Below, in pieces: positions 25,554 to 34,133 of a DNA stretch of 64,000 bases. The stretch spans positions 8,820-72,819 of the forward strand of contig JBFEKH010000003.1 in the NCBI GenBank assembly GCA_041552775.1, given 5' to 3'. Position 1 is the stretch's first letter, and each line of letters begins with the position of its first letter. This stretch comes from Allopontixanthobacter sp. (GTDB lineage: Bacteria; Pseudomonadota; Alphaproteobacteria; Sphingomonadales; Sphingomonadaceae). A program made the position numbers and the translations under genes. The notes under the pieces are model-generated. The model was not told the DNA's origin. It worked only from the letters and a program-made list of their open reading frames with translations, and searched no databases.

Positions 25554-25892
25554 TCAGCGCGTCTTGCGCAGGCGAGGGTTAGGTTGCAGCGTATCAATGA
25601 TCTGCATGAAATCATCGTACCGGATGATCCGTTCGAACTGGAACCCGGCGCGGTTTTCACGCAGCCAGATGACATAGGCCTCGATCCGGCCGACTACCGG
25701 CAAGCGCACGATGACGCGGTCACCACGGGCCAGATTCTGGCCATCGTCCACCATGAATCCATGTGCTGAGACATTGCTGATATGCAGCTTCAGATCACCG
25801 TGATCGCGATGCTCCGCAATAACCGGGAAATCAACCGGATGGCGCGTTGCCCGGCGTAGATCGGTTACTGATAATTGTGCTCCGACTGTCAA
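25554..25892 (-). CDS. PilZ domain protein
   Basis: The RRATRHPV...ISNVSAHGFMV pattern corresponds to the PilZ motifs RxxxR and D/NxSxxG. Confidence 0.8.
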   Translation of the reverse strand: MTVGAQLSVTDLRRATRHPVDFPVIAEHRDHGDLKLHISNVSAHGFMVDDGQNLARGDRVIVRLPVVGRIEAYVIWLRENRAGFQFERIIRYDDFMQIIDTLQPNPRLRKTR

Positions 25893-26004
25893 TGGTCCTC
25901 GCCTTCCCTATGTTCTTGGAAAACGACGTATGGCGCCAAAAGGCTGATATTTTGTAAAAGCTGATTGTCCTGAATTGAGACATATCCGCGACGTTCTGGG
26001 GGAT

Positions 26005-27234
26005 TCAGAGGGTCAGGATACCGTGTTTCTTCTTGCCCAGGCTCAGCTTCCGGCCCTCACCAGCTGAAATTGTAAGGTGCAAACCGGTGTCTGTGACGGC
26101 CACATCGTCGATCTTCACCGCGCCTTCTGCAATCTTGCGCTTCGCTTCGCCATTGGACTGGGTAAAGCCGATTGCGGTACAAATCGCAGTGATCCCCATG
26201 CCATCGCCACCTATTGAAAGGGTGGGCAGGTCTTCGCCAAGTCCGCCTCCAGCAAAGGTTGCCGAAGCAGTATGTGCCGCTGCCTGGGACGCCTCCGTGC
26301 CGCGGACGAGGCCAGTGACTTCGTTGGCAAGCACGACCTTCGCGTCGTTTATGGCGCTGCCTTCCAACGCTTCGAGCCGGGCAATTTGGTCGAGCGGGAG
26401 ATCGGTGAACAGCCGCAGGAACCGTCCGACGTCCCGGTCATCGACATTGCGCCAGTATTGCCAGAAATCGTAATTCGGCAGTTGGGCTTCATTCAGCCAC
26501 ACAGCGCCGGCGGCAGTCTTGCCCATCTTCGAACCGTCAGCCGTGGTCAGCAGCGGCGTGGTGACACCGTACACCTCGATCCCGTCCATCCGGCGCGTCA
26601 GTTCGATCCCGTTGACGATATTGCCCCACTGGTCGCTACCACCAAGCTGCAACCGACAATTCTGGCGCGTCGCAAGTTCCCGGAAGTCATAGGCCTGGAG
26701 GATCATGTAATTGAATTCGAGGAAAGTCAGCGGCTGTTCGCGTTCAAGCCGCAGCTTCACAGAATCGAATGTCAGCATGCGGTTGATGGTAAAATGCGGT
26801 CCGACCGTGCGCAGCAATTCGATATACTTCAGTTCGCCCAGCCAATGGTCATTATTGACCATTATGGCATCGGTGGGCCCATCGCCGAAGGTCAGCAGAC
26901 GTTCGAACACGGTCCGGATGGAAGCGATGTTTCCGTCGATGGCTTCAGACGTCAGCATCTTGCGGCTTTCATCCTTTCCTGATGGATCGCCAACCTTGGT
27001 GGTCCCGCCTCCCATCAGCACAATCGGCTTGTGGCCAGTCTGCTGCAACCTGCGCAGCATCATGATCTGGACCAGGCTACCGATATGCAGCGAAGGCGCG
27101 GTCGCATCGAAGCCAATATAACCGGGGACGACCTGCTTGGCCGCCAGCGAGTCAAGCGCTGCCGCATCTGTGGTCTGGTGAATATAGCCGCGCTCGTCGA
27201 GCAGGCGGAGGAGATTGGATGAATATTGGTTCAT
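26005..27234 (-). CDS. tyrS: tyrosine--tRNA ligase
   Basis: 409 aa. There is a HIGH-like motif (SLHIGSL), a KMGKT motif (KMSKS-type), and a C-terminal S4 domain. Confidence 0.97.
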   Translation of the reverse strand: MNQYSSNLLRLLDERGYIHQTTDAAALDSLAAKQVVPGYIGFDATAPSLHIGSLVQIMMLRRLQQTGHKPIVLMGGGTTKVGDPSGKDESRKMLTSEAIDGNIASIRTVFERLLTFGDGPTDAIMVNNDHWLGELKYIELLRTVGPHFTINRMLTFDSVKLRLEREQPLTFLEFNYMILQAYDFRELATRQNCRLQLGGSDQWGNIVNGIELTRRMDGIEVYGVTTPLLTTADGSKMGKTAAGAVWLNEAQLPNYDFWQYWRNVDDRDVGRFLRLFTDLPLDQIARLEALEGSAINDAKVVLANEVTGLVRGTEASQAAAHTASATFAGGGLGEDLPTLSIGGDGMGITAICTAIGFTQSNGEAKRKIAEGAVKIDDVAVTDTGLHLTISAGEGRKLSLGKKKHGILTL

Positions 27235-27332
27235 ATTCCGCGGCGTCTAGCAGCGAAATTGCTGCGGGGAAACGCTAATAGCTTGCCGCAGAATGCTTGA
27301 AAGCGGCATCCGGCTAAGCAATAGGCAGGGGC

Positions 27333-27854
27333 ATGAACAATTTGATCCTGCATCCCGAATGCCCGGCCGGGCCTGTCACCGCAATCAGCGCCTCGATCGA
27401 ACCGACTGAAACCGGTTGCCGAGCGGTTTTCCGGGCGACCGGCGATCTTGATGCGATCATCATTCCCGAAGTCACCGATCCGGCAAGGATGCATGATTTG
27501 TGGCGGACCACCTGCTTCGAGATTTTCTGGCAGCCCGTTGGCGGAACCTATTATCGTGAGTTCAACCTTTCGCCCTCGACCCGCTGGGCCTGCTATGATT
27601 TCGACGATTTTCGTTTGAACCGCAGCGATGCACCTGCTGAGGTAGCAATCCGGTATCGCAGGGAAGGGGACACCCTCATTGTGGAGGCTGATATTGTTTC
27701 CGCGCTCCCCTTGCCCGCAGACGTCGCGCTGAACGGAATTATCGAGGATCATAAGGGCAACATCCAGTTCTGGGCGCTGGCATTCCCGGCGGGCAAGCCT
27801 GAGTTTCACAGCAAAATCTGCCGTTCGCTCCATCTTGAAGGACCTGCCGCATGA
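27333..27854 (+). CDS. DOMON-like domain protein
   Basis: 173 aa. The family call is from memory of alphaproteobacterial annotations (WRTTCFEIFW..YREFNLSP..W). The stop overlaps the next ATG (ATGA). Confidence 0.65.
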   Translation: MNNLILHPECPAGPVTAISASIEPTETGCRAVFRATGDLDAIIIPEVTDPARMHDLWRTTCFEIFWQPVGGTYYREFNLSPSTRWACYDFDDFRLNRSDAPAEVAIRYRREGDTLIVEADIVSALPLPADVALNGIIEDHKGNIQFWALAFPAGKPEFHSKICRSLHLEGPAA

Positions 27855-29053
27855 GCGTGAAATTCGGCATTGACCGTTTGCTGGCGGAACCCCGTCTGCG
27901 CGCCGAACTGGTAGGCAAGCGGGTGGCGTTGGTCGCGCATCCGGCCTCGGTAACCGAAGACCTCACCCACTCGCTGGATGCGCTTATTGCGGCGGAAGTG
28001 AATATCACATCTGCTTTTGGTCCCCAGCATGGTCTGAAGGGCGACAAGCAGGACAATATGGTCGAGACGCTGAACGAGACCGATCTGGTTTATAACATCC
28101 CGGTATTCAGCCTCTATGGCGAAGTTCGCCGTCCGACCGGCCAGATGATGTCCAGCGCCGATGTATTCCTGTTCGATCTACAGGACCTCGGTTGCCGCAT
28201 CTACACCTTCGTCACGACGCTGCTTTATCTTCTTGAGGAAGCGGACAAGCATGGGAAGATCGTGTGGGTACTTGATCGGCCGAATCCTGCTGGCAGGCCA
28301 GTGGAAGGCACTTTGCTGGTGCCAGGCCAGGAAAGCTTCGTTGGCGCAGGGCCAATGCCGATGCGGCACGGCCTGACCATGGGAGAAATGGGCCATTGGT
28401 TCATCGACCACTTCGGGCTCGACGTGGATTACCGGGTAATTGAAATGAGCGGGTGGGAGCCGGACGGGCCGGGCTTTGGCTGGCCAGAAGACCGCGTCTG
28501 GATCAACCCCAGCCCCAATGCCGCCAACGTCAACATGGCGCGCGCCTATGCCGGAACCGTGATGATCGAGGGCGCGACTGTCAGCGAAGGGCGGGGTACC
28601 ACCCGACCGCTGGAGGTGCTGTTCGGAGCGCCCGATCTGGATGCGGCGGCGGTGCACCAGGAAATGCAGCGGATCGCGCCGCAATGGATGGCGGGGTGCA
28701 AACTGCGCGAATGTTATTTCGAGCCGACTTTTCACAAGCATCAGGGCCAATTATGCAGCGCGCTGATGATCCATGCGGAGGTCCCTTTCTACGATCACAC
28801 CGCGTTCAAGCCGTGGCGGCTTCAGGCGCTGGCTTTCAAGGCTATTCGCAATCTTGATCCGGATTACGATCTGTGGCGCGATTTTCCCTATGAGTATGAA
28901 CTCGGCCGTCTTGCGATCGACGTGATCAATGGCGGGCCGAGCTTGCGGCAATGGGTCGATGATGCTGCGCTAGGACCGGATGATCTGGAAATGATTGCGG
29001 TGCCTGATGAAGCGTTCTGGCGAAAGGCCATCCGCCAGCATTTGCTGTATTGA
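27851..29053 (+). CDS. DUF1343 family protein (exo-beta-N-acetylmuramidase NamZ/YbbC-like)
   Basis: 400 aa. The segment GIDRLL..L.GKRVALVAHPASV and the overall length fit DUF1343. Confidence 0.85.
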   Translation: MSVKFGIDRLLAEPRLRAELVGKRVALVAHPASVTEDLTHSLDALIAAEVNITSAFGPQHGLKGDKQDNMVETLNETDLVYNIPVFSLYGEVRRPTGQMMSSADVFLFDLQDLGCRIYTFVTTLLYLLEEADKHGKIVWVLDRPNPAGRPVEGTLLVPGQESFVGAGPMPMRHGLTMGEMGHWFIDHFGLDVDYRVIEMSGWEPDGPGFGWPEDRVWINPSPNAANVNMARAYAGTVMIEGATVSEGRGTTRPLEVLFGAPDLDAAAVHQEMQRIAPQWMAGCKLRECYFEPTFHKHQGQLCSALMIHAEVPFYDHTAFKPWRLQALAFKAIRNLDPDYDLWRDFPYEYELGRLAIDVINGGPSLRQWVDDAALGPDDLEMIAVPDEAFWRKAIRQHLLY

Positions 29054-29103
29054 ACACGGCACCTTGCCTGCAAGATGCGCCACGCGGAATCCTCAACGGA
29101 TTG

Positions 29104-29340
29104 TTAGCCAAATAGGCGGCGAAACCAACCGCGCTCGGTTTGATCAACGGCTGGCTTTCCCGACTTTTCAATCAGGTAAGTGCCAAGAACAAAAGCCTGT
29201 TGTTTGGTCATTAGAATTCGGAAGATGTCGGGGTCATGGCGATCGAGCGCCTCACTCGACTGCATGCTTTCCAACCTCAGCATTAGACGCTCGCCAATGT
29301 CCGAATGGCCCCAACCGACCAATGCACCAAAGCTATCCAT
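29104..29340 (-). CDS. hypothetical small protein (78 aa)
   Basis: The ATG at 29340 is preceded by GAGGAGG 5 nt upstream. The gene is low in GC. I recognise no family. Confidence 0.45.
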   Translation of the reverse strand: MDSFGALVGWGHSDIGERLMLRLESMQSSEALDRHDPDIFRILMTKQQAFVLGTYLIEKSGKPAVDQTERGWFRRLFG

Positions 29341-29417
29341 TTCAGCCTCCTCAAGAAAAGCTAATGTGGAACGCGCGCTAAGTTTACGCAACTATTTCGC
29401 TCTGGAACTTTTCGCGG

Positions 29418-30599
29418 CTACCCGTGCTTGCGGCTCAATTCGCGCATCGCCTCGTCCAGGCCGTTCAGCGTCAGTGGATACATCCGGTCATTGACCAATT
29501 GCTTCAACATCTTGGTCGATTGCGAGTAATTCCACTGATTTTCGGGAACGGGATTCATCCAGACAGTCGCGGGATAGGTGTTGGTGACCCGCTGCATCCA
29601 AACCGCGCCTGCCTCTTCATTCATATGTTCGACGCTGCCGCCCTGATGGGTGATTTCGTACGGGCTCATCGCCGCGTCACCGACGAACACGATCTTGTAG
29701 TCATGTCCGAATTTGTGGAGGATATCCCAGGTATTGGTCCGCTCTGCCCAGCGGCGGCGATTATCTTTCCACACGCCTTCATACAGGCAATTGTGGAAGT
29801 AGAAGAATTCGAGGTTCTTGAATTCCGAGGTTGCCGCGCTGAATAACTCCTCGACCAGTTTGATGAACGGATCCATCGACCCGCCGACATCCAGGAACAG
29901 CAGCAGTTTCACCGCATTGTGCCGTTCGGGCCGCATGTGAATGTCGAGCCAGCCCTGCTTGGCAGTGCCCTCGATAGTTGCGTCCAGATCAAGCTCGTCC
30001 GCGGAACCTTCGCGGGCAAACCGGCGCAGGCGGCGCATTGCCATCTTGATGTTGCGGGTGCCCAGTTCCTTGGTGTTGTCGAGGTTCTGGAATTCTCGCT
30101 TTTCCCAAACCTTGATGGCACGCTTGTGTTTGCTTTCCCCGCCGATCCGCACGCCTTCGGGGTTGTAGCCGGAATTTCCGAACGGCGATGTGCCGCCGGT
30201 GCCGACCCATTTGTTGCCGCCCTGATGGCGCTTTTCCTGTTCCTCGAGCCGCTTCTTCAGCGTCTCCATGATCTCGTCCCAATCGCCCAACGATTTGATC
30301 GCTTCCATTTCTTCGGGCGAGAGGAATTTTTCGGCGACGGCTTTCAGCCAGTCTTCCGGCACATCAACAGCCTGCTGGCCGTAATCGGTCAGGATCCCCT
30401 TGAAAACCTTGTTGAACACCTGGTCGAATCGGTCGAGCAGGCCTTCGTCCTTAACGAAGGTGGCGCGGCTGAGGTAATAGAATGCTTCGGGCGTCTGCTC
30501 GATCACATCCTTGTCCAGCGCTTCGAGCAGGGTCAGGTGTTCCTTGAAGGAAGCCTTGATCCCTGCGGCGCGCAATTCATCCATGAAATCGAAAAACAT
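29418..30599 (-). CDS. VWA domain protein (CoxE-like partner of MoxR-class ATPases)
   Basis: 393 aa. The MIDAS-type segment is LLLFLDVGGSM. The conserved N-terminal region is MFFDFMDELRAAGIKASFKEHLTLLEAL. Confidence 0.85.
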   Translation of the reverse strand: MFFDFMDELRAAGIKASFKEHLTLLEALDKDVIEQTPEAFYYLSRATFVKDEGLLDRFDQVFNKVFKGILTDYGQQAVDVPEDWLKAVAEKFLSPEEMEAIKSLGDWDEIMETLKKRLEEQEKRHQGGNKWVGTGGTSPFGNSGYNPEGVRIGGESKHKRAIKVWEKREFQNLDNTKELGTRNIKMAMRRLRRFAREGSADELDLDATIEGTAKQGWLDIHMRPERHNAVKLLLFLDVGGSMDPFIKLVEELFSAATSEFKNLEFFYFHNCLYEGVWKDNRRRWAERTNTWDILHKFGHDYKIVFVGDAAMSPYEITHQGGSVEHMNEEAGAVWMQRVTNTYPATVWMNPVPENQWNYSQSTKMLKQLVNDRMYPLTLNGLDEAMRELSRKHG

Positions 30600-30608
30600 G
30601 GGCGTTCT

Positions 30609-31511
30609 CTAACCTGCCTCTGGCTGCGGCGCCAGTGGTCTCTTGGCGGCGGGTTTGTGTACTGCGGCAACCAACACGAAGGAGATATACATCAGCATGT
30701 ACCAAGCGCCTAGTTTGCCGAAAGAGACCATCGTCCAGACCTCCGCCTGGTTGGGATAGGTCCATGCCCGGGCAAAGGTGGCGATATTTTCCGCAAACCA
30801 GATAAACACCGCAACCAGAAACCAGCCCAGCAGCAGCGGCATCCAGCGATCGGCCTGCCACACCCTGAAATATATCCGCGTGCGCCAATGCAGCATGCCA
30901 AGCAGGGCAAACAGACCCATGCGCAGATCGACCAGATAATGATGCGCAAAAAAATTAACGTAGATCGCCGCGGCCAGTGCGTAGGTCGTCCACGCGGGTG
31001 GGTAATGCGAATAACGGAAATCGAATATCCGCCAGACCCGCGCGATGTAACTGCCGACGGCGGCATACATGAAGCCGGAAAACAGCGGAACATCGCCAAT
31101 CCGTAGATAGCTCGCCTCCGGATAGGCCCACGACCCGGCCGAAGTTTTGAACAACTCCATGACCGTTCCAACCACATGGAACGCCAGGATCACCTTTGCC
31201 TCGCTCAGCGTTTCAAGTCTGAAACCGAGCATCGCCAACTGGATGGCCAAGGCGGAAAGTGTCAGGAAATCGTAGCGGGCGAGGAGTGCGCCATCGGGAT
31301 ACAGCAGATGCGTGCCCATAAGCAGGGCCAGCATCAGGCCCCCGAAAAGGCATGCCCACGCCTGCTTGAATCCGAACAGGAGGAATTCATAAAGCCACGA
31401 TTGCCACCCCGGTCGTGGGCTGAAAGCTTCCAGCCTGGCGCGGATTTTCCCGAAACGGGTATGGGTCTGAAAGTTCTCGGTTGCGGTCATATTCCGTTGC
31501 GCCTCTGTCAT
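30609..31511 (-). CDS. DUF817 domain membrane protein
   Basis: It is a multi-TM protein with FGFKQAWACLFGG and ENIATFARAWTYPNQ segments. The start is uncertain (ATG 31511, 31490 or 31610). Confidence 0.8.
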   Translation of the reverse strand: MTEAQRNMTATENFQTHTRFGKIRARLEAFSPRPGWQSWLYEFLLFGFKQAWACLFGGLMLALLMGTHLLYPDGALLARYDFLTLSALAIQLAMLGFRLETLSEAKVILAFHVVGTVMELFKTSAGSWAYPEASYLRIGDVPLFSGFMYAAVGSYIARVWRIFDFRYSHYPPAWTTYALAAAIYVNFFAHHYLVDLRMGLFALLGMLHWRTRIYFRVWQADRWMPLLLGWFLVAVFIWFAENIATFARAWTYPNQAEVWTMVSFGKLGAWYMLMYISFVLVAAVHKPAAKRPLAPQPEAG

Positions 31512-31678
31512 TCGGCAAGAATCGATCAGTACGGGGACCTTAAAGCACGGCAGCGAAAGACCGTAAGCCACAAACAGGGCAAAACCGGTCCTGACCAATA
31601 CAGTTTCCAAGTGATCTTAAGGCGATCGTAACGATGATCGGCTACGCGCAGTGCAGCTAATAACAAGGGCCGCGATCA

Positions 31679-33082
31679 ATGAAGCATGAATCTTTCGGTA
31701 ATGTTGTTCCGGGTTCGATCGACCTGATCCCGGAAAGCTGCGGCGAAGTTACCGTGGGTTGCTCCGATGTGGCCGGGATCGTCCAGTCCGTGATTCAGTC
31801 CTCTGAGAAGCTGCGGGCCGAACACGGCGCGCTGCAGGGTACTGTGGCCGAACTGGAGGCAGATCAGCGCAAGGTTTCCGAAGCCAGCGACGAGGCCCGC
31901 CTGCTGTCCGAACGCGCAATTGAGCGCCTGGGGCAAGGAACAGAGATGATCCAGACCTCGCTTGGCCGAATTTCCGACCTGCTCGACCTAGTTGATACGC
32001 TGTCCCAGCACGTCACCGGCTTTGCCGCGGCAATGGAACAGGTCCGCCGCTGTGCGCAGGACATCGACCAGATCGCCGAAACAACCAATATTCTCGCACT
32101 GAATGCCACCATCGAAGCAATGCGCGCTGGCGATGCCGGACGCACTTTTGCGGTCGTCGCCAGCGAGGTCAAAGGTCTCGCCAACGATACCCGCAAGGCT
32201 ACGGAAGAAATCGGCCGCACTATCGATACCCTTGGCGGCGAAGCGGAACGCGTCATTGCCCAGATCGAAAGCGGCGCGGAAGCGAGCCGGGAAGCAAAGA
32301 ACTCAGTCGTCCAGATCGAACAGACCATCAATGGTGTCGCAGAACTGGTCGAGGAAGTTGACCGTCAGAACGACCAGATCGCGCGTTCGACCAGCACCAT
32401 CAGCGGCCATGTGCACCGGGTGCAGGATGTGCTCGAAAGTTTCGATGTTGCTGCCCGCCAGAACGAAGGCCAGCTCGAAACCGCGCACAACCGAATGAAT
32501 GAACTGGAATTGACCGCCAGCGAAATGTTCGATGCTATCGTCAAGGCCGGCCTCTCGCCAAAAGACAGCGAGATGGTCAAACGCGCGCAATCCGTTGCCA
32601 ATGAAATTGCCGAACGCGCCGAAGTCGCAATTGCCGACGGAGCACTGTCGGTCGACGCCCTCTTTGACCAGAACTACCGGAACGTCGCAGGCAGCAATCC
32701 GCCGCGCTACCGCACTGGTCTGAGCGATTGGGCCGATCAGAACTGGCGCCCGGTAATAGACCGCATTTCTGCGCAGGGCGCACCAATCAGGATGTGCTCG
32801 CAAGCGGACATGAAGGGCTTTCTGCCGACCCATGTGACAGCGCATTCACGCCAGCCAACTGGTGATCTGGCACATGACACCGAATTCTGCCGGAATGGCC
32901 GGATCATATTCGACACGCTGGACCAGAAGGCCAAGCGGAGCACCGCGCCGTACATGATGGCCGTGTACCGGCAGGAAGGCGACGGCCAGAAATATCTGGT
33001 GGTCCGCAATGTCTATGTGCCGATGATCATCAACGGCCGCCGCTGGGGCGATTTCGAACTGGCGTATTCCTTCGAGGATTGA
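31679..33082 (+). CDS. soluble methyl-accepting chemotaxis protein-like protein with a C-terminal putative sensor domain
   Basis: The MCP signalling hairpin ETTNILALNATIEAMRAGDAGRTFAVVASEVKGLA lies in the N-terminal half. There is no TM helix. The ~170-aa C-terminal domain ends in NGRRWGDFELAY. Confidence 0.85.
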   Translation: MKHESFGNVVPGSIDLIPESCGEVTVGCSDVAGIVQSVIQSSEKLRAEHGALQGTVAELEADQRKVSEASDEARLLSERAIERLGQGTEMIQTSLGRISDLLDLVDTLSQHVTGFAAAMEQVRRCAQDIDQIAETTNILALNATIEAMRAGDAGRTFAVVASEVKGLANDTRKATEEIGRTIDTLGGEAERVIAQIESGAEASREAKNSVVQIEQTINGVAELVEEVDRQNDQIARSTSTISGHVHRVQDVLESFDVAARQNEGQLETAHNRMNELELTASEMFDAIVKAGLSPKDSEMVKRAQSVANEIAERAEVAIADGALSVDALFDQNYRNVAGSNPPRYRTGLSDWADQNWRPVIDRISAQGAPIRMCSQADMKGFLPTHVTAHSRQPTGDLAHDTEFCRNGRIIFDTLDQKAKRSTAPYMMAVYRQEGDGQKYLVVRNVYVPMIINGRRWGDFELAYSFED

Positions 33083-33109
33083 ACGGCTGCCGAGAAGGGG
33101 AGGGTACGA

Positions 33110-33973
33110 TTAGCCCCCTTGGCGGCGCGACATGAAGGCTAGACGTTCGAACAGCATCACGTCCTGCTCGTTCTTCAGCAGCGCGCCATGCATCGGCGGG
33201 ATAGCCTTTGCCGGATCGCGGTCCTGCAACACTTCCAGCGGCATGTCTTCGTTGAGCAATAGCTTGAGCCAGTCGAGCAATTCCGATGTGCTCGGCTTCT
33301 TTTTGAGGCCGGGAACTTCACGGATTTCGTAGAAGATATCCATCGCCTTGGTGACCAGGATTTTCTGGATGTCGGGAAAGTGGACATCGATGATTTCGCG
33401 CATCGTGTCACGGTCCGGGAATTTGATGTAATGGAAGAAACAGCGGCGCAGGAAGGCGTCTGGCAGTTCCTTTTCATTGTTCGATGTGATGATAATGACC
33501 GGGCGTTCCCTCGCTTCGATCCGCTCCTTCGTTTCATAAACGTCGAAGCTCATCCGGTCGAGTTCCTGGAGCAAATCGTTCGGGAATTCGATGTCCGCCT
33601 TGTCGATCTCGTCGATCAGCAGCACGGGCAATTCGGGACTGGTGAAAGCCTCCCACAATTTGCCCTTCTTGATGTAGTTCGAGATGTCATGGACCCGCTC
33701 TTCGCCCAGCTGGCCGTCGCGCAGCCGCGCCACTGCGTCATATTCGTACAGGCCCTGCTGGGCTTTGGTGGTGGATTTGACGTTCCATTCGATCAGCGGC
33801 GCGCCCATTGCCTTGGCGACTTCATGCGCCAGCACCGTCTTGCCGGTGCCGGGTTCGCCCTTGACCAGCAACGGTCGGCGCAAGGTAACGGCTGCGTTAA
33901 CCGCTACCTTCAGGTCTTCGGTGGCAATATAGGATTGGGTGCCTTCAAAACGCCCGGTGGTCTGATCGGTCAT
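33110..33973 (-). CDS. MoxR-like AAA+ ATPase
   Basis: Walker A is GEPGTGKT and Walker B is LLIDEIDKA. The ATG at 33973 (MTDQTTGRFEG) is preferred. Confidence 0.9.
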   Translation of the reverse strand: MTDQTTGRFEGTQSYIATEDLKVAVNAAVTLRRPLLVKGEPGTGKTVLAHEVAKAMGAPLIEWNVKSTTKAQQGLYEYDAVARLRDGQLGEERVHDISNYIKKGKLWEAFTSPELPVLLIDEIDKADIEFPNDLLQELDRMSFDVYETKERIEARERPVIIITSNNEKELPDAFLRRCFFHYIKFPDRDTMREIIDVHFPDIQKILVTKAMDIFYEIREVPGLKKKPSTSELLDWLKLLLNEDMPLEVLQDRDPAKAIPPMHGALLKNEQDVMLFERLAFMSRRQGG

Positions 33974-34133
33974 GGAATTTCCTGTGCGGTACAAATATCT
34001 TGGCACGCGGGTTAAGGCGGGTTTCCGTAAAGGGCAAGGGTAGCGGTGAGCTCCGCGATGGCCCGCACTTTACACCACCGCTCTGAGGCATACAGTTCGT
34101 CCGCCATGCCGTAACGGCAGCGGAACTTTCCGG

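Noticed and set aside
34001-34016. A sigma54-like element, TGGCAC-N5-TTAAG, upstream of the MoxR gene region.
   Set aside because: It is on the plus strand and points into the 3' end of a convergent minus-strand gene. The -12 element is TTAA rather than TTGC. No gene is in a position to be served by it.
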